Part shown: positions 18,388-29,951 of the stretch, piece by piece
How the letters are laid out: the number at the start of each line of letters is the position of its first letter
Position numbering within the stretch: the first letter of the stretch is position 1
Sequence record: OY978111.1
Direction: 5' to 3' (one strand)
DNA: 32,000 bases
Notes under the pieces: model-generated
The model's database searches: none
What the model saw: only the letters and a program-made list of their open reading frames with translations
What the model was told of the DNA's origin: nothing
Program-made: the position numbers and the translations under genes

Positions 18388-21300
18388 ATGAATATCTCGA
18401 AATCCAAACACCGGGAAGAGATCTTTTTTAATGCTTGTTTCGATAAAAATAGTGTAAAAAATCTCGTTTCATGGTATTTAAATACTTATGGTGAAAAAGC
18501 GACTCTTAATTTTTTAGAATCGCTAAAAACATTAGGTTTTCACCAAGCCACACAAGCAGGGGTGTCTTTAGGTCTTGATGATTTACAAATACCTCAGGAA
18601 AAACCTAGCTTTATCACAAAAGCACATATAGCTACACACAAAATTGAACAACAAGTTGCTGCAGGGTCCTTAACCAGCGTTGAAAAATCACAATGCTTAA
18701 TTGATACATGGAACCAAACCAGTGATCTCCTGCGACAGGCGGCAGTTCAAAATTTTCGAAAGACTAATCTTCTCAATCCCGTATATATGATGGCTTTTTC
18801 GGGAGCTCGAGGAAATGTGTCTCAAGTACGTCAACTAGTAGGCATGCGAGGATTAATGGCGGATCCACAAGGGGCGATTTTAGAATTTCCAATTCAAAGT
18901 AATTTCCGTGAAGGATTAACCGTGACAGAATATTTAATTTCTTGTTATGGGGCCCGAAAAGGTTTAGTTGATACCGCTTTACGAACCGCAACCTCTGGCT
19001 ATTTAACAAGACGATTAGTGGATTCGGCTCAACAAGCTGTGATTTCTATGCGTGATTGTGGAACACTGCGTGCTACTGTTCTTGAAGGAAAAAATTTAGA
19101 GAGTCGATTAATAGGTCGTGTTTTAGCAAACTCATTGGCGGTCATTTGTAATGACCGCAATCATGCGAAGCATGCATTGGAAGCTCAACTTAGTTTTGAA
19201 ACGAAGCTCGCCTTTGGTCGAAATCATCTTATTTCTGCCACAGATGCAAAAATTCTTTCAAAAAATTATACTCAAATAGTCGTTCGATCCCCGTTAACGT
19301 GTGAGTCAACAACATCAGTTTGTCAATTATGTTATGGATGGAATTTAGCTACGGGAAAACTTGTTCAAATGGGAGAAGCAGTGGGTGTCATTGCTGCTCA
19401 ATCTATTGGGGAACCAGGAACCCAATTGACCATGCGAACATTCCATACGGGTGGGGTTGGTGTTTTCGCAAATCAAGCCCTCCAACCAATATTGGCTCCT
19501 TATAAAGGAAAACTTATTTTTCATTATCCACTTACGGGTCATTTTATTCGAACTCCGTACGGAAAAATCGCCTATATGGTGAAACAGAGTCAAATCCAAG
19601 GTGATCGACTCATTTGCACACTTGAACCGTTTTCCAAAGTTGATCGTGTATTGACGATTCGTGAGCAAGATCTCACACCTGGAAGTTTGCTTTTTGTTAA
19701 GCATGGAGAACATGTAGAGCCAAAACATGTACTTTTTCAAATATCCCAGCTTAAATTAACAAAACAAACATTACCAGAATCGAGTCATCCAGTCTATTCC
19801 CCTGCGGAAGGACAAATATTTTTGGAATCAATGAATTTTTTTATCGAAAAAGAAATTCCAACAACTAAAGAGAAAGAAAAAGTGAAACCTGTTTTTAGTT
19901 CAAAAGAATCAGGTATTCAAAGAATGAAGAAATTAGGCACTTTTTGGGTTTTAGCTGCGTCAAATCAACACGAAATTCATGGTGCTGAAAGCGATTCGTT
20001 TTCTTCACGTAGCGAAGCTTCGCAACAAACTTGTTCGTTTTTAGAAACCGGTGATTTTGTTGCGAAAAATAGCATTTTATTTCAGTATAATTTTTATAGT
20101 TCGTCAAGAACGCAACTCCAAAAAATTCATTCTAAACTTACTTTTGGAGTATATACACTTCAAATTCCAATTGAAACAATTGCTTTTTTTCAAAAGTATT
20201 ATAGATTTACTTCGGCTAACGGAACATTTGTCTATAGGAAACAATCAATAAAAAATGGACTTCTTATTTGGTATCCTGCTCTTCGAGAAAAAAGAAAAGA
20301 TTCCGCATCTATAAGAAAACTTTTGATTTCAAAAGCACTCCAAAATAACGCCATTGATTCCCCAAGTGATACATTGGCGGAGCATGCATCGAATTCGATA
20401 GGTGGGCCGCGAAGCGGTACAACGATTGTGTATAGACACATCCCTTCTCTTTATACACAAGTTTTAAAAACAGTAACACTTCCAGCGAAGAAAAATCAAG
20501 ATGCTCAGAATGGTCAAGATTCACAGGAATTATTGCAAATTCAAGGGATGATATTTGGAATTCAGTTGTTTTTTCCAAAGACACAATTTTTTAATAACAA
20601 ATATTTACAAAAAAACTTCTTACCTTGTTTTGTATTGAATCAGCATACCCCGGAAACAAATCGGATTTCAAGTGATTTTCTCACTGAAATTTTCCAAAAA
20701 GATCCCCAACAAAAGACTTTTGTAAGTGAACCAACTTCGTTTCTATCAACACAAGGATGGGTTTTCTTTTCTCCTAAAAAATTTACTCAAGAACAGCAAA
20801 GCTGTCTAAGTGTACGAAGAGCGCCAGGGCCTTTCCTTAGACGCCAATTTATACCAACTGGACTAATTTTTGAGACACTTTGTTTTCCAAAACGTTCTAT
20901 ATCTGTAAAACCTCTTTCAAGTGTTTGTTTTGGGAAACGTAAAAAGTTTCAAACCTGGCCGCAAAAACGTGATTGGTATACTCCAAAAATTGTTGGAGAT
21001 AGGGATACTACTCTCCCAAAAAAATCTCTGACATATGAAATCCAAAAGAACGTTTGTCCAATACGAAATGGTGTTATTTGGTACTCTCCTACCCAAAAAA
21101 ACAATAAAAAAGGTCTTCTTCAAAAAACTTTTCAAAACTTTGTTTCGTTAAAAACATTCCTCTTGATTCAATCAGTTGTGGAATCTCGACTTCCAAATCA
21201 ACAAGAGGTTCAAAAACAAGCAGCTATTTTAACTGGCAAATCACTAGTTCAAAATACTCATACAGCCTTATTTTCGAAACAAAAATCAACGAAAATACAA

Positions 21301-22560
21301 TTAAAAGCCAAAATTCACTGGAAACTTCAGTTTTCTACTGAATTACAAAATACTTTACGAGGGGCTGCTTTTGAAGAAGCGAAGTGGATTTCTCCTGCTC
21401 ATTTATGGAAAGCTCGTGCTATCATAAAAAATATCTATGATCATCCACATAAACACGTCCAATTTCAGAATGTATCAACTACTTATTCCCGTGGAATAAG
21501 TGTTTTTCAATATCAATTAGCAACATTTAAGAACCCTAAAAAATTTAACTTTACACCAGGATACCAAAATTGGATTTCCCCAATTCAACCATTTACTCAA
21601 GGTCTTGTTAAAATTCATACTTCTGGCGAGTTTCTTTTAAAAACTCAAACAACTCGGGGGACTTCTTTGAGTCTTCTTCGAAAAGATGATCTGTTGACGT
21701 TAAAAACAGATACATCTCAATTTTCAAAACTAGGAAGTCTTATTCGTTGGGGTGAAGAAATTGAACCTGGTAAAGCGTGCGAGTATAATGGTCAGGTAGT
21801 TAAAAAAACTACGAATACTTTAACATTGCGGTTAGGAAGTCCCTTCCTAGCACCCTTACGATGTATTCTACACGTATCGCAAAATACATTAGTTCAAAAA
21901 AATGACTTATTAATCACACTCAAATCTCGACAATTACAAACCGAAGATATTGTTCAAGGTATCCCGAAAATTGAACAACTTTTTGAAGCTCGTGAAAGTC
22001 TCAGTGGGGAAATTCTCTCAGATACCGTTCATATTCGATTAAAAAATGCGTATAAACGTGAACTAGAAACCCTTAATCTTACGACTCATTGGTCTATTGC
22101 TGTTGAAAAAAGTTTTTTAGAAGCCCAACATTTTTTGGTTGAACAAATTCTTGATGCCTATGAAACTCAAGGAGTTAAAATTTCAGAAAAACATGTTGAA
22201 GTTATCGTTCGGCAGATGACAAATCGGGTCAGAATTTTAGATCCTGGTGAAACAGGGCTTCTTGAAGGTGAAGTAGTTCAACATACATGGATCAAGAAAT
22301 TTAACCAACAGATTCGCGGCATGGGCTTACGTGAAGCTATGTATGAACCGCTCGTGCTTGGTATTAGTAAAAGCGTTTTACAGTCAGAAAGTTTTTTACT
22401 TGCCGCAAGTTTTCAAGAAGTAAGTCGCGTACTAGTTCGAAGTGCTTTAAGTAAAAAACGAGATTTTTTACACGGATTACATGAAAATGTCATTATTGGT
22501 CAAATGATTCCAGCAGGAACCGGTTTAATTTCTCAAGGGAGTTCAAAATTTCTTTCGTAA
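18388..22560 (+). CDS. rpoC2: Plastid-encoded RNA polymerase beta-double-prime, 1390 aa
   Basis: N-terminal third is conserved (MMAFSGARGNVSQVRQLVGMRGLMADPQG, AAQSIGEPGTQLTMRTFHTGG). The C-terminus is conserved (EDIVQGIPKIEQLFEAR, VEVIVRQMT, GLHENVIIGQMIPAGTG). The long central part is poorly conserved. Confidence 0.95.
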   Translation: MNISKSKHREEIFFNACFDKNSVKNLVSWYLNTYGEKATLNFLESLKTLGFHQATQAGVSLGLDDLQIPQEKPSFITKAHIATHKIEQQVAAGSLTSVEKSQCLIDTWNQTSDLLRQAAVQNFRKTNLLNPVYMMAFSGARGNVSQVRQLVGMRGLMADPQGAILEFPIQSNFREGLTVTEYLISCYGARKGLVDTALRTATSGYLTRRLVDSAQQAVISMRDCGTLRATVLEGKNLESRLIGRVLANSLAVICNDRNHAKHALEAQLSFETKLAFGRNHLISATDAKILSKNYTQIVVRSPLTCESTTSVCQLCYGWNLATGKLVQMGEAVGVIAAQSIGEPGTQLTMRTFHTGGVGVFANQALQPILAPYKGKLIFHYPLTGHFIRTPYGKIAYMVKQSQIQGDRLICTLEPFSKVDRVLTIREQDLTPGSLLFVKHGEHVEPKHVLFQISQLKLTKQTLPESSHPVYSPAEGQIFLESMNFFIEKEIPTTKEKEKVKPVFSSKESGIQRMKKLGTFWVLAASNQHEIHGAESDSFSSRSEASQQTCSFLETGDFVAKNSILFQYNFYSSSRTQLQKIHSKLTFGVYTLQIPIETIAFFQKYYRFTSANGTFVYRKQSIKNGLLIWYPALREKRKDSASIRKLLISKALQNNAIDSPSDTLAEHASNSIGGPRSGTTIVYRHIPSLYTQVLKTVTLPAKKNQDAQNGQDSQELLQIQGMIFGIQLFFPKTQFFNNKYLQKNFLPCFVLNQHTPETNRISSDFLTEIFQKDPQQKTFVSEPTSFLSTQGWVFFSPKKFTQEQQSCLSVRRAPGPFLRRQFIPTGLIFETLCFPKRSISVKPLSSVCFGKRKKFQTWPQKRDWYTPKIVGDRDTTLPKKSLTYEIQKNVCPIRNGVIWYSPTQKNNKKGLLQKTFQNFVSLKTFLLIQSVVESRLPNQQEVQKQAAILTGKSLVQNTHTALFSKQKSTKIQLKAKIHWKLQFSTELQNTLRGAAFEEAKWISPAHLWKARAIIKNIYDHPHKHVQFQNVSTTYSRGISVFQYQLATFKNPKKFNFTPGYQNWISPIQPFTQGLVKIHTSGEFLLKTQTTRGTSLSLLRKDDLLTLKTDTSQFSKLGSLIRWGEEIEPGKACEYNGQVVKKTTNTLTLRLGSPFLAPLRCILHVSQNTLVQKNDLLITLKSRQLQTEDIVQGIPKIEQLFEARESLSGEILSDTVHIRLKNAYKRELETLNLTTHWSIAVEKSFLEAQHFLVEQILDAYETQGVKISEKHVEVIVRQMTNRVRILDPGETGLLEGEVVQHTWIKKFNQQIRGMGLREAMYEPLVLGISKSVLQSESFLLAASFQEVSRVLVRSALSKKRDFLHGLHENVIIGQMIPAGTGLISQGSSKFLS

Positions 22561-22704
22561 AAAAAACATTAATAAAATTATTACTCGTCTTTGACCGGCA
22601 ATGACCGCAATTAATCGAGTCAACGATTGCATTGGGCGGCGAAGCCGCCAATCATGCACAGCATCCATTATTTTAGATTTAAGTTAGAAAAAGTCTAAAT
22701 TAGA

Positions 22705-22736
22705 CTTGGGTGTGAAGTAATTTTTTCACACCCAAG
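22705..22736. terminator. Inverted repeat in the convergent rpoC2/psaB 3' spacer
   Basis: CTTGGGTGTGAA-gtaatttt-TTCACACCCAAG, a 12-bp perfect stem 145 nt after the rpoC2 stop. Confidence 0.45.
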
Positions 22737-22813
22737 TAAATTAGGTAATAAGTTATTATATTTTGATTTTTAGTTCTTCGGTAAAGTATTTTGAAGAAGT
22801 ACTTTATTATGTC

Positions 22814-22842
22814 CCTCTTTCTCCGGTTTGAGGAGAAAGAGG
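22814..22842. terminator. Inverted repeat in the convergent rpoC2/psaB 3' spacer
   Basis: CCTCTTTCTCC-ggtttga-GGAGAAAGAGG, an 11-bp perfect stem 102 nt downstream of the psaB stop on the minus strand. Confidence 0.45.
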
Positions 22843-22883
22843 TAGAATTCAACGCGAAAAAAAATCAAGGCTAGCAAAGCTGT

Positions 22884-22905
22884 CGCTTGCGGTTTTACCG
22901 CCAAG
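22884..22905 (+). repeat. 22-nt dispersed repeat GCTTGCGGTTTTACCSCCAAGG
   Basis: Matches 30571-30592 at 21 of 22 positions. Confidence 0.75.
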
Positions 22906-22943
22906 GTAAACCCGGTTTTTATGTATCGAAATGACGCATTAGA

Positions 22944-25148
22944 TTAACCGAATTTGCCTGAAGTTGAAGCAATTAAAAATGCTGCATACGTGAGAACATA
23001 ACCAGCTGAGAAATGAGCAAGACCTACTAAACGAGCTTGTACAATAGAAAGAGCAACTGGTTTGTCTTTCCAACGTACAAGATTTGCTAATGGTGTACGC
23101 TCATGCGCCCATGCTAGTGTTTCAATAAGCTCTTGCCAGTATCCACGCCATGAAATAAGGAACATGAATCCTGTGGCATAGATTAAATGGCCAAAAAGGA
23201 ACATCCAAGCCCAAACAGAAAGACTATTCATCCCAAACGGATTATATCCATTAATTAATTGACTTGAATTCAACCATAAATAGTCACGTAACCATCCCAT
23301 AATGTATGTTGAAGATTCGTTGAACTGATTTACATTGCCTTGCCAAATACCAAGGTGTTTCCAGTGGAAATAGAATGTAACCCAACCAATTGTGTTTAAC
23401 ATCCAAAATACAGCTAGATAGAATGCATCCCAAGCAGAAATATCACAAGTACCGCCACGGCCTGGTCCATCACATGGGAAACTATAGCCAAAATCTTTTT
23501 TATCAGGCATAAGTTTTGAACCACGTGCATCTAAAGCACCTTTTACAAGAATAAGTGTTGTAGTATGTAAACCAAGTGCAATTGCATGATGAACTAAGAA
23601 ATCGCCAGGGCCAATTGTTAAGAACAACGAATTACTGTCATTATTAATCGCTTGAAGCCAACCCGGTAACCAAATATTTTGTCCAGCAACACTTGCTGCA
23701 CTTCCTGATGCAGAAAGTAAATAATCGAAACCATATACAGTTTTTCCATGCGAAGCTTGGATCCATTGCGCAAAAACAGGCTCAATAAGAATTTGTTTTT
23801 CCGGTGTTCCAAATGCTTGCATAACATCATTATGTACGTAAAGACCTAATGTATGGAATCCTAAAAACAAACTTACCCAGCTTAAATGTGAAATAATCGC
23901 TTCTTTATGTTCCAGCATTCGGGCTAAAACATTTCCACGGTTTGTTTCTGGATCATAGTCACGAACAAAGAAAATAGCACCGTGAGCAAAAGCTCCACAC
24001 ATGATAAAACCGGCAATATATTGGTGATGAGTATATAAAGCCGCTTGTGTTGTAAAATCTTGTGCTAAGAACGCATAAGGAGGCAGCGAGTAGATATGCT
24101 GAGCAACCATTGAACAAATTGTTCCGATGCTTGCTAATGCTAAACCTAATTGGAAATGAAGTGAATTATTTACTGTATCGAATAATCCTTTATGACCAGA
24201 ACCTAAACCGCCAGCAGGGGGTGTGTGTGAGTCTAAAATTTCACGCATACTATGCCCAATACCAAAAATAGTACGGTATTGATGACCTGCTAGAATGAAA
24301 ATAACAGCAATCGCTAGATGGTGATGAGCCATATCAGTTAACCAGAGACTTTGTGTCTGTGGATGAAAACCGCCTAAGAACGTTAAAATTGCTGTTCCAG
24401 AACCTTCACCTGTGCTAAATAAATGCGTTGCAGTATCAGGATTTTCTGCATAAACAGCCCAATTTCCTGTGAAAAAAGGAACAAGTCCTGCTGGATGTGG
24501 AAGCACTGTTAAGAAGTTATCCCAACGAACATGTTGACCACGTGATTCTGGAATAGCAACATGAATTAAATGACCAGCCCAAGCGAGTGAACTTACACCG
24601 AATAATCCACCTAAATGATGATTTAAACGTGATTCAGCATTTTTAAACCATGACAGTGCTGGTTGAAATGCTGGTTGTAAGTGTAACCAACCTGCAAATA
24701 GGAAAATTGCTGCAAGTAGAATTAAAAAGATTGATCCGATATAGAGATCTTGATTTGTGCGCATCCCAATTGTATACCACCATTGGTATACGCCAGAAGT
24801 TGCAATATTTACGGGACCAGAAGCACCGCCGCGTGTAAACGCTTCAACTGCAGGTTGTCCGAAATGTGGATCCCAAATTGCGTGAGCAATTGGACGAACA
24901 TGGAGAGGATCTTGACCCCATTGTTCAAAATTGCCTTGCCATGCTACGTGGAAAAGATTTCCAGAGGTCCAAAGAAAAATAATTGCTAGTTGCCCAAAAT
25001 GAGACGCAAAAATTTTCTGATAAAGTGTTTCTTCAGTCATGCCATCATGACTTTCGAAGTCATGTGCTGTTGCGATACCAAACCAAATTCGACGTGTGGT
25101 TGGATCTTGAGCTAAGGCCTGGCTAAATTTTGGAAATTTTGTTGCCAT
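22944..25148 (-). CDS. psaB: Photosystem I P700 apoprotein A2, 734 aa
   Basis: [36 protein letters not shown] and the Fx-cluster loop [18 protein letters not shown]. Full length. Confidence 0.99.
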   Translation of the reverse strand: MATKFPKFSQALAQDPTTRRIWFGIATAHDFESHDGMTEETLYQKIFASHFGQLAIIFLWTSGNLFHVAWQGNFEQWGQDPLHVRPIAHAIWDPHFGQPAVEAFTRGGASGPVNIATSGVYQWWYTIGMRTNQDLYIGSIFLILLAAIFLFAGWLHLQPAFQPALSWFKNAESRLNHHLGGLFGVSSLAWAGHLIHVAIPESRGQHVRWDNFLTVLPHPAGLVPFFTGNWAVYAENPDTATHLFSTGEGSGTAILTFLGGFHPQTQSLWLTDMAHHHLAIAVIFILAGHQYRTIFGIGHSMREILDSHTPPAGGLGSGHKGLFDTVNNSLHFQLGLALASIGTICSMVAQHIYSLPPYAFLAQDFTTQAALYTHHQYIAGFIMCGAFAHGAIFFVRDYDPETNRGNVLARMLEHKEAIISHLSWVSLFLGFHTLGLYVHNDVMQAFGTPEKQILIEPVFAQWIQASHGKTVYGFDYLLSASGSAASVAGQNIWLPGWLQAINNDSNSLFLTIGPGDFLVHHAIALGLHTTTLILVKGALDARGSKLMPDKKDFGYSFPCDGPGRGGTCDISAWDAFYLAVFWMLNTIGWVTFYFHWKHLGIWQGNVNQFNESSTYIMGWLRDYLWLNSSQLINGYNPFGMNSLSVWAWMFLFGHLIYATGFMFLISWRGYWQELIETLAWAHERTPLANLVRWKDKPVALSIVQARLVGLAHFSAGYVLTYAAFLIASTSGKFG

Positions 25149-25593
25149 TGTTAAGTCTCCTTTATTGACATAAAGAATTTGTACTTGCTTCTTTAAAAGA
25201 AGAAGATATCTCCTGTATCGACAGGATCAAAAAAGCGCGTTCGGTTTTCTTAATTTTCTTTTGAAGATTTTATCTTTCTTCTCCGAAGCAAAGCTTCGTA
25301 CACTTTCCCAACAAAATTATAAGAAAATAAGAAAGATTATATCTGAAGAATAAAACTAAGGGCAGAGGAATGCTCTGATGAACGTTACTTCAAAGCAAAC
25401 GGAGTGTTGTCTTTTCAGTTGTACGTTGTGCCGCTTCTTCGTGTCTCTTTACAAACAAAGAGACGCAATAGCGCTAGGGATTGAATTTCGTTGGATCGCT
25501 TTATGTATATTTTCTACGCAAGCGACGTACGAATTTTGATTTCAAATCACAAGCTTAGCGGCAGTGACATTAAAGTATATTTGCTAGGGGTTT

Positions 25594-27849
25594 TTAACCA
25601 ACAGCTAAAATACGCGCTAGGAAGAACGACCAGGTTGTTGCAATACCACCAAGAAGATAATGCGCAACACCAACTGCACGACCTTGAGTAATACTCAATG
25701 CACGTGGTTGGATTGCCGGTGCTACTTTCAACTTGTTATGAGCCCAAATGATCGATTCGATCAATTCTTGCCAATAACCACGACCACTGAATAAGAACAT
25801 TAAGCTAAATGCCCAAACAAAATGCGCGCCTAAGAAAATTAAACCATATGCTGAAAGTGCAGAACCGTACGATTGAATTACTTGAGAAGATTGGGCCCAA
25901 AGGAAATCTCTTAACCAGCCGTTAATTGTATTTGCACTTTGTGCAAAGTTTCCACCTGTAATATGTGAAACACCATTTGCTCCAACTGTACCCCATACAT
26001 CAGATTGCATTTTCCAACTAAAATGGAAGATAACAATTGAAATTGAATTGTACATCCAGAATAGTCCTAAGAAAACGTGATCCCAAGCAGATACTTGACA
26101 AGTACCACCACGACCAGGTCCGTCACAAGGAAATCTGAAGCCTAAATTTGCTTTATCTGGGATTAAACGTGAACTTCTTGCATAAAGAACACCTTTTAAG
26201 AGGATTAAAACAGTTACGTGAATAGTGAAAGCATGAATATGATGAACCATAAAATCAGCAGTCCCTAATGCAATCGGCATCATGGCAACTTTTCCACCAA
26301 CAGCAACAACTTCACCACCCCAACTTGGACTTGTACTTGCAAGTGCATTTGGTGCAGTAAATCCAGGAGCTAGAAAATGTGTATTTTGAACCCATTGTGC
26401 AAAAACGGGTTGAAGTTGAATAGCAGTATCAGAGAACATGTCCTGAGGACGGCCTAATGCACTCATCGTATCATTATGAATATATAAACCGAAGCTATGG
26501 AAGCCTAAGAAGATACAAACCCAATTTAAATGAGAAATCATAGCATCGCGATGACGAAGAACACGATCTAATAAATTATTGTAATTATTTGTAGGGTCGT
26601 AATCACGTACCATAAAAATAGCTGCATGAGCACCAGCCCCAACAATACAAAAACCACCAATCCAAGTATGATGTGTAAATAAGGAAAGTTGTGAACCATA
26701 ATCAGTAGCTAAATACGGATATGGCGGCATTGAATACATGTGATGCGCAACAATAATCGAGAGTGATCCAAATAAAGCTAAGTTAATAGCTAATTGAGCA
26801 TGCCAAGATGTAGTTAAAATTTCATAAAGACCTTTATGACCTTCACCAGTAAATGGTCCTTTATGAGCCTCTAAAATTTCTTTCATACTATGACCAATAC
26901 CCCAGTTTGTACGATATTGGTGACCTGCTACTAAGAAAAGAACAGCGATAGCTACATGATGATGAGCTGTATCAGTTAACCATAAACCACCAGTTACTGG
27001 ATTTAATCCACCTTGGAAAGTTAAGAAATCACTATATGCTGACCAATCAAGTGTAAAAAATGGAGTTAACCCTTTTTCAAAACTAGGGTATAATTGTGCC
27101 ATTAAACTTGAATTTAAAAGAAACTCATGCGGTAATGGAATTTCTTTTGGATCAACACCAGCATCAAGAAGTTTATTAATTGGTAATGAAACATGAATTT
27201 GATGTCCAGCCCATGCTAAACTACCTAAACCTAATAAACCAGCTAAATGATGGTTCATCATTGATTCTACATTTTGGAACCATTCAAGTTTCGGAGCTGC
27301 TTTATGATAATGGAACCAGCCAGCAAAAAACATAGCTGCAGCCATTACGAGCCCACCAATGGCAGTTGTATAAAGTTGAAGTTCACTGGTAATACCAGAT
27401 GCACGCCAAAGTTGAAAAAAACCTGAAGTAATTTGGATCCCTTGGAACCCGCCACCTACATCGGCATTTAAAATTTCTTGACCTACAACAGGCCAAACAA
27501 CTTGAGCACTCGGTTTAATATGAGTTGGATCAGTTAACCAAGCTTCATAATTTGAAAAACGAGCACCGTGGAAATACATCCCACTAAGCCAAATAAAGAT
27601 AATTCCGAGTTGGCCGAAATGGGCACTAAACACTTTTCTTGAAATTTCTTCAAGATCACTTGTTTGTGTATCAAAGTCATGCGCATCAGCATGTAAATTC
27701 CAAATCCACGTTGTCGTAGTTGGTCCTTTTGAAAGAGTTCGTGAAAAATGACCTGGTTTAGCCCATTTTTCAAAACTAGTAGCAACTGGATTTCGGTCAA
27801 CGATAATTTTTACTTTTTTCGCTTCACGCTCTGGAGGACTAATTGTCAT
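25594..27849 (-). CDS. psaA: Photosystem I P700 apoprotein A1, 751 aa, contiguous
   Basis: [37 protein letters not shown] and [18 protein letters not shown]. The true start is the second in-frame Met; the 21 upstream codons in the track ORF are unconserved. Confidence 0.98.
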   Translation of the reverse strand: MTISPPEREAKKVKIIVDRNPVATSFEKWAKPGHFSRTLSKGPTTTTWIWNLHADAHDFDTQTSDLEEISRKVFSAHFGQLGIIFIWLSGMYFHGARFSNYEAWLTDPTHIKPSAQVVWPVVGQEILNADVGGGFQGIQITSGFFQLWRASGITSELQLYTTAIGGLVMAAAMFFAGWFHYHKAAPKLEWFQNVESMMNHHLAGLLGLGSLAWAGHQIHVSLPINKLLDAGVDPKEIPLPHEFLLNSSLMAQLYPSFEKGLTPFFTLDWSAYSDFLTFQGGLNPVTGGLWLTDTAHHHVAIAVLFLVAGHQYRTNWGIGHSMKEILEAHKGPFTGEGHKGLYEILTTSWHAQLAINLALFGSLSIIVAHHMYSMPPYPYLATDYGSQLSLFTHHTWIGGFCIVGAGAHAAIFMVRDYDPTNNYNNLLDRVLRHRDAMISHLNWVCIFLGFHSFGLYIHNDTMSALGRPQDMFSDTAIQLQPVFAQWVQNTHFLAPGFTAPNALASTSPSWGGEVVAVGGKVAMMPIALGTADFMVHHIHAFTIHVTVLILLKGVLYARSSRLIPDKANLGFRFPCDGPGRGGTCQVSAWDHVFLGLFWMYNSISIVIFHFSWKMQSDVWGTVGANGVSHITGGNFAQSANTINGWLRDFLWAQSSQVIQSYGSALSAYGLIFLGAHFVWAFSLMFLFSGRGYWQELIESIIWAHNKLKVAPAIQPRALSITQGRAVGVAHYLLGGIATTWSFFLARILAVG

Positions 27850-28032
27850 GGCGAAAAATTCTCCTTTTATCAATTCCGTAAAATAAGGTGTTTCTCGAAG
27901 TTTTTTATTCAAAGACTTATGCGTAGCTTTGTATTACCTATAGAAGTAACATCCTGTGGAAAGAATCGCCACAAAAGCTACACAAAAGATTTTAAGTCTA
28001 CTCGATGTAACGCTTTGCCATCATATTAAAAA

Positions 28033-28052
28033 ATGATTTTAAAGTGGCGCAA
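28033..28052 (+). repeat. 20-nt repeat ATGATKTTAAAGTGGCGCAA
   Basis: ATGATTTTAAAGTGGCGCAA matches 3189-3208 at 19 of 20 positions. Confidence 0.75.
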
Positions 28053-28076
28053 CGGGCCAAAAGAGTAGAAATGGAC

Positions 28077-28104
28077 TGCTAAGCACTGCTTCGCAGAAGG
28101 ATCT
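28077..28104 (+). repeat. Same family, copy in the psaA-chlB spacer
   Basis: CTGCTAAGCACTGCTTCGCAGAAGGATC. Confidence 0.6.
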
Positions 28105-28317
28105 TATTAAGTCATAAAGTTATTTGTTTCGAGAAGTCTCTACGTTTTCTTATTTTGAAAGACTTTCATGAACAACAAATGTTATGTAACGAATGCAAAG
28201 TAAAACGTCTGTGTTAGTTGTCACAAACAACGCAATGCGATGCTACCTAGTAAAACTGTTTGTTCATGAAATTCAAAGCTCTTTTGTGTCCCGTGCTTTG
28301 CAAAGAACGCAATCGGT

Positions 28318-28336
28318 TCTCAATATAATTGAGAAA
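28318..28336 (-). terminator. chlB 3' inverted repeat (shared TTCTCAAT/ATTGAGAA stem)
   Basis: TTCTCAAT-ata-ATTGAGAA, an 8-bp perfect stem 86 nt downstream of the chlB stop. Confidence 0.45.
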
Positions 28337-28421
28337 GAGCATAGCAGATTTCCCGCTCAAAAGAAAATGTGAATTTTCTGAGTAGAATCACACAAAAAAC
28401 AAGTGCATACCGGGTTAACTA

Positions 28422-29951
28422 CTAAGCTGCAACAGCTTCTTTTGCCGCATACATGACATCAATAGTAATTGTTTGAATTCCGTTTTCCCGAGCATATCGT
28501 TCTGTATTTCGTTTAATTTTGCCTCGAACAAAGCCAGGAATTTTTTGTAATTCTCCTAAACCATCGCTAGACCAGGTTAGATCATTGTCTGTAGAAAGAG
28601 CTTTAGTAATTACTTCTTTTGTGTCATGCCCACCAAAAATCTCTAATAAATGATCTTCCATGCCTAATGTGAAAGAATTATAGACTAAATCAGCGATTTG
28701 ATTCGTCCCTTCATAGCCTAAAAATGGTCTATATCCTAATGGAAAATTTTGAATATGCACTGGTGATGAAATCACGCCGCACGGAATATCTAAACGTTTT
28801 CCAACATGGCGTTCCATCTGTGTGCCAAAAATAGCAGATGGTTCGATACGCGCGATCATATCAGCAACTTCATTATGATCTTCAGTTATAAGAATTTCAT
28901 CACAAAACCCTTGAACTTGCTCTCTGAACCAATCTGCGTCATGTTTACAATACGTCCCAGCACAAGCTACACGAATTCCCATTTCTCTAGAAAGTATTTT
29001 GGTCATTGCAGCCGCATGAGTGTTATCACCAAATACAACCACTCTTTTTCCAGTTAAATTTTGACAATCAATAGATCGTGAGAACCAAGCTGCTTGTGAC
29101 ACATAACGTGTTTGTTGTTGCACATATTGGGTATAATTCTTCTCAAGATCATACTGACTTTCCAAAATTCTCTCAATTTCTTTGATACAATTTCCCGTCT
29201 CAACAATACCCATCGGTGTTGTATCAACATAAGGCATTCCAAATTCCGCTTCTAAATATTTGGCTGCCATTAAGCCAACTTCTCTATATGGAATTAGATT
29301 AAACCAAGCTTTTGGGAGGTTTTTTAAATTGGTTACAGAGCCATTTTCCGGAAGAATTTCATTAATCTCGATTCCTAAATCGGTCAAGAGTCGTTTTAAT
29401 TCACGACAGTCATGTTGATTATGAAATCCGAGAGTAAAAATTCCAATAATATTTGCTGAAGGTTTTTCTGTTTTTGTCAGATCTAAAGTTTCAGTTTTTC
29501 GTGCTTTTTCAATATAAAAACGAACAATTTGTTCAAGTGTACGATCCGCAGCTTGAAGTTCATTCACTCGATAATGATTCACGTCTGCTAATAAAACATC
29601 CGACTGAGATTCAAGAGAAGCTCGGTTAACAAAGTTTTGTAAATCTTCTTGTAAAATACTCGATGTACAGGTTGGTGTTAATAAAATTAAATCAGGGTGT
29701 TCTTCGCTATCCTTTCGTCGAATATTTTCAACAACTTTTTCTTGCGAACCACGCGCTAATACATGTCTATCTACGATACTTGCTGTGACAGGAGTAAAAT
29801 CCCGTTCACGTTCAAGCATTGATCTCATAACATTAAAATAGTCATCTCCGAGAGGAGCGTGCATAATTGCATGAACATTTTTAAAACTACTTGCTACTCG
29901 TAACGTTCCGATATGAGCAGGGCCAGCATACATCCAATAAGCAAGTTTCAT
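28422..29951 (-). CDS. chlB: Light-independent protochlorophyllide reductase subunit B, 509 aa
   Basis: [58 protein letters not shown] is the canonical ChlB N-terminus. The 41 upstream codons of the track ORF are AT-rich and unconserved. Confidence 0.96.
   Translation of the reverse strand: MKLAYWMYAGPAHIGTLRVASSFKNVHAIMHAPLGDDYFNVMRSMLERERDFTPVTASIVDRHVLARGSQEKVVENIRRKDSEEHPDLILLTPTCTSSILQEDLQNFVNRASLESQSDVLLADVNHYRVNELQAADRTLEQIVRFYIEKARKTETLDLTKTEKPSANIIGIFTLGFHNQHDCRELKRLLTDLGIEINEILPENGSVTNLKNLPKAWFNLIPYREVGLMAAKYLEAEFGMPYVDTTPMGIVETGNCIKEIERILESQYDLEKNYTQYVQQQTRYVSQAAWFSRSIDCQNLTGKRVVVFGDNTHAAAMTKILSREMGIRVACAGTYCKHDADWFREQVQGFCDEILITEDHNEVADMIARIEPSAIFGTQMERHVGKRLDIPCGVISSPVHIQNFPLGYRPFLGYEGTNQIADLVYNSFTLGMEDHLLEIFGGHDTKEVITKALSTDNDLTWSSDGLGELQKIPGFVRGKIKRNTERYARENGIQTITIDVMYAAKEAVAA

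Noticed and set aside
19345-19740. 131-aa minus-strand ORF inside rpoC2, plus several other antisense ORFs within rpoB, rpoC2, psaA and psaB
   Set aside because: All lie antisense to well-supported genes and are short. They arise in AT-rich or codon-biased sequence, and none contains a recognisable domain.
27850-27912. 5' extension of the psaA ORF (21 codons)
   Set aside because: The conserved PsaA begins at MTISPPE (27849). The extension is unconserved. I made the same type of trimming for chlB (29952-30074), petD (9329-9421), rpoC1 (15824-15874), minD (TTG 5946) and ycf12 (30775-30873).
8488-28336. Possibility that the recurring hairpins represent a CRISPR-like array
   Set aside because: The copies are kilobases apart in different spacers and are not regularly spaced with unique spacers between them. 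There are no cas genes, and the context is a plastid genome.
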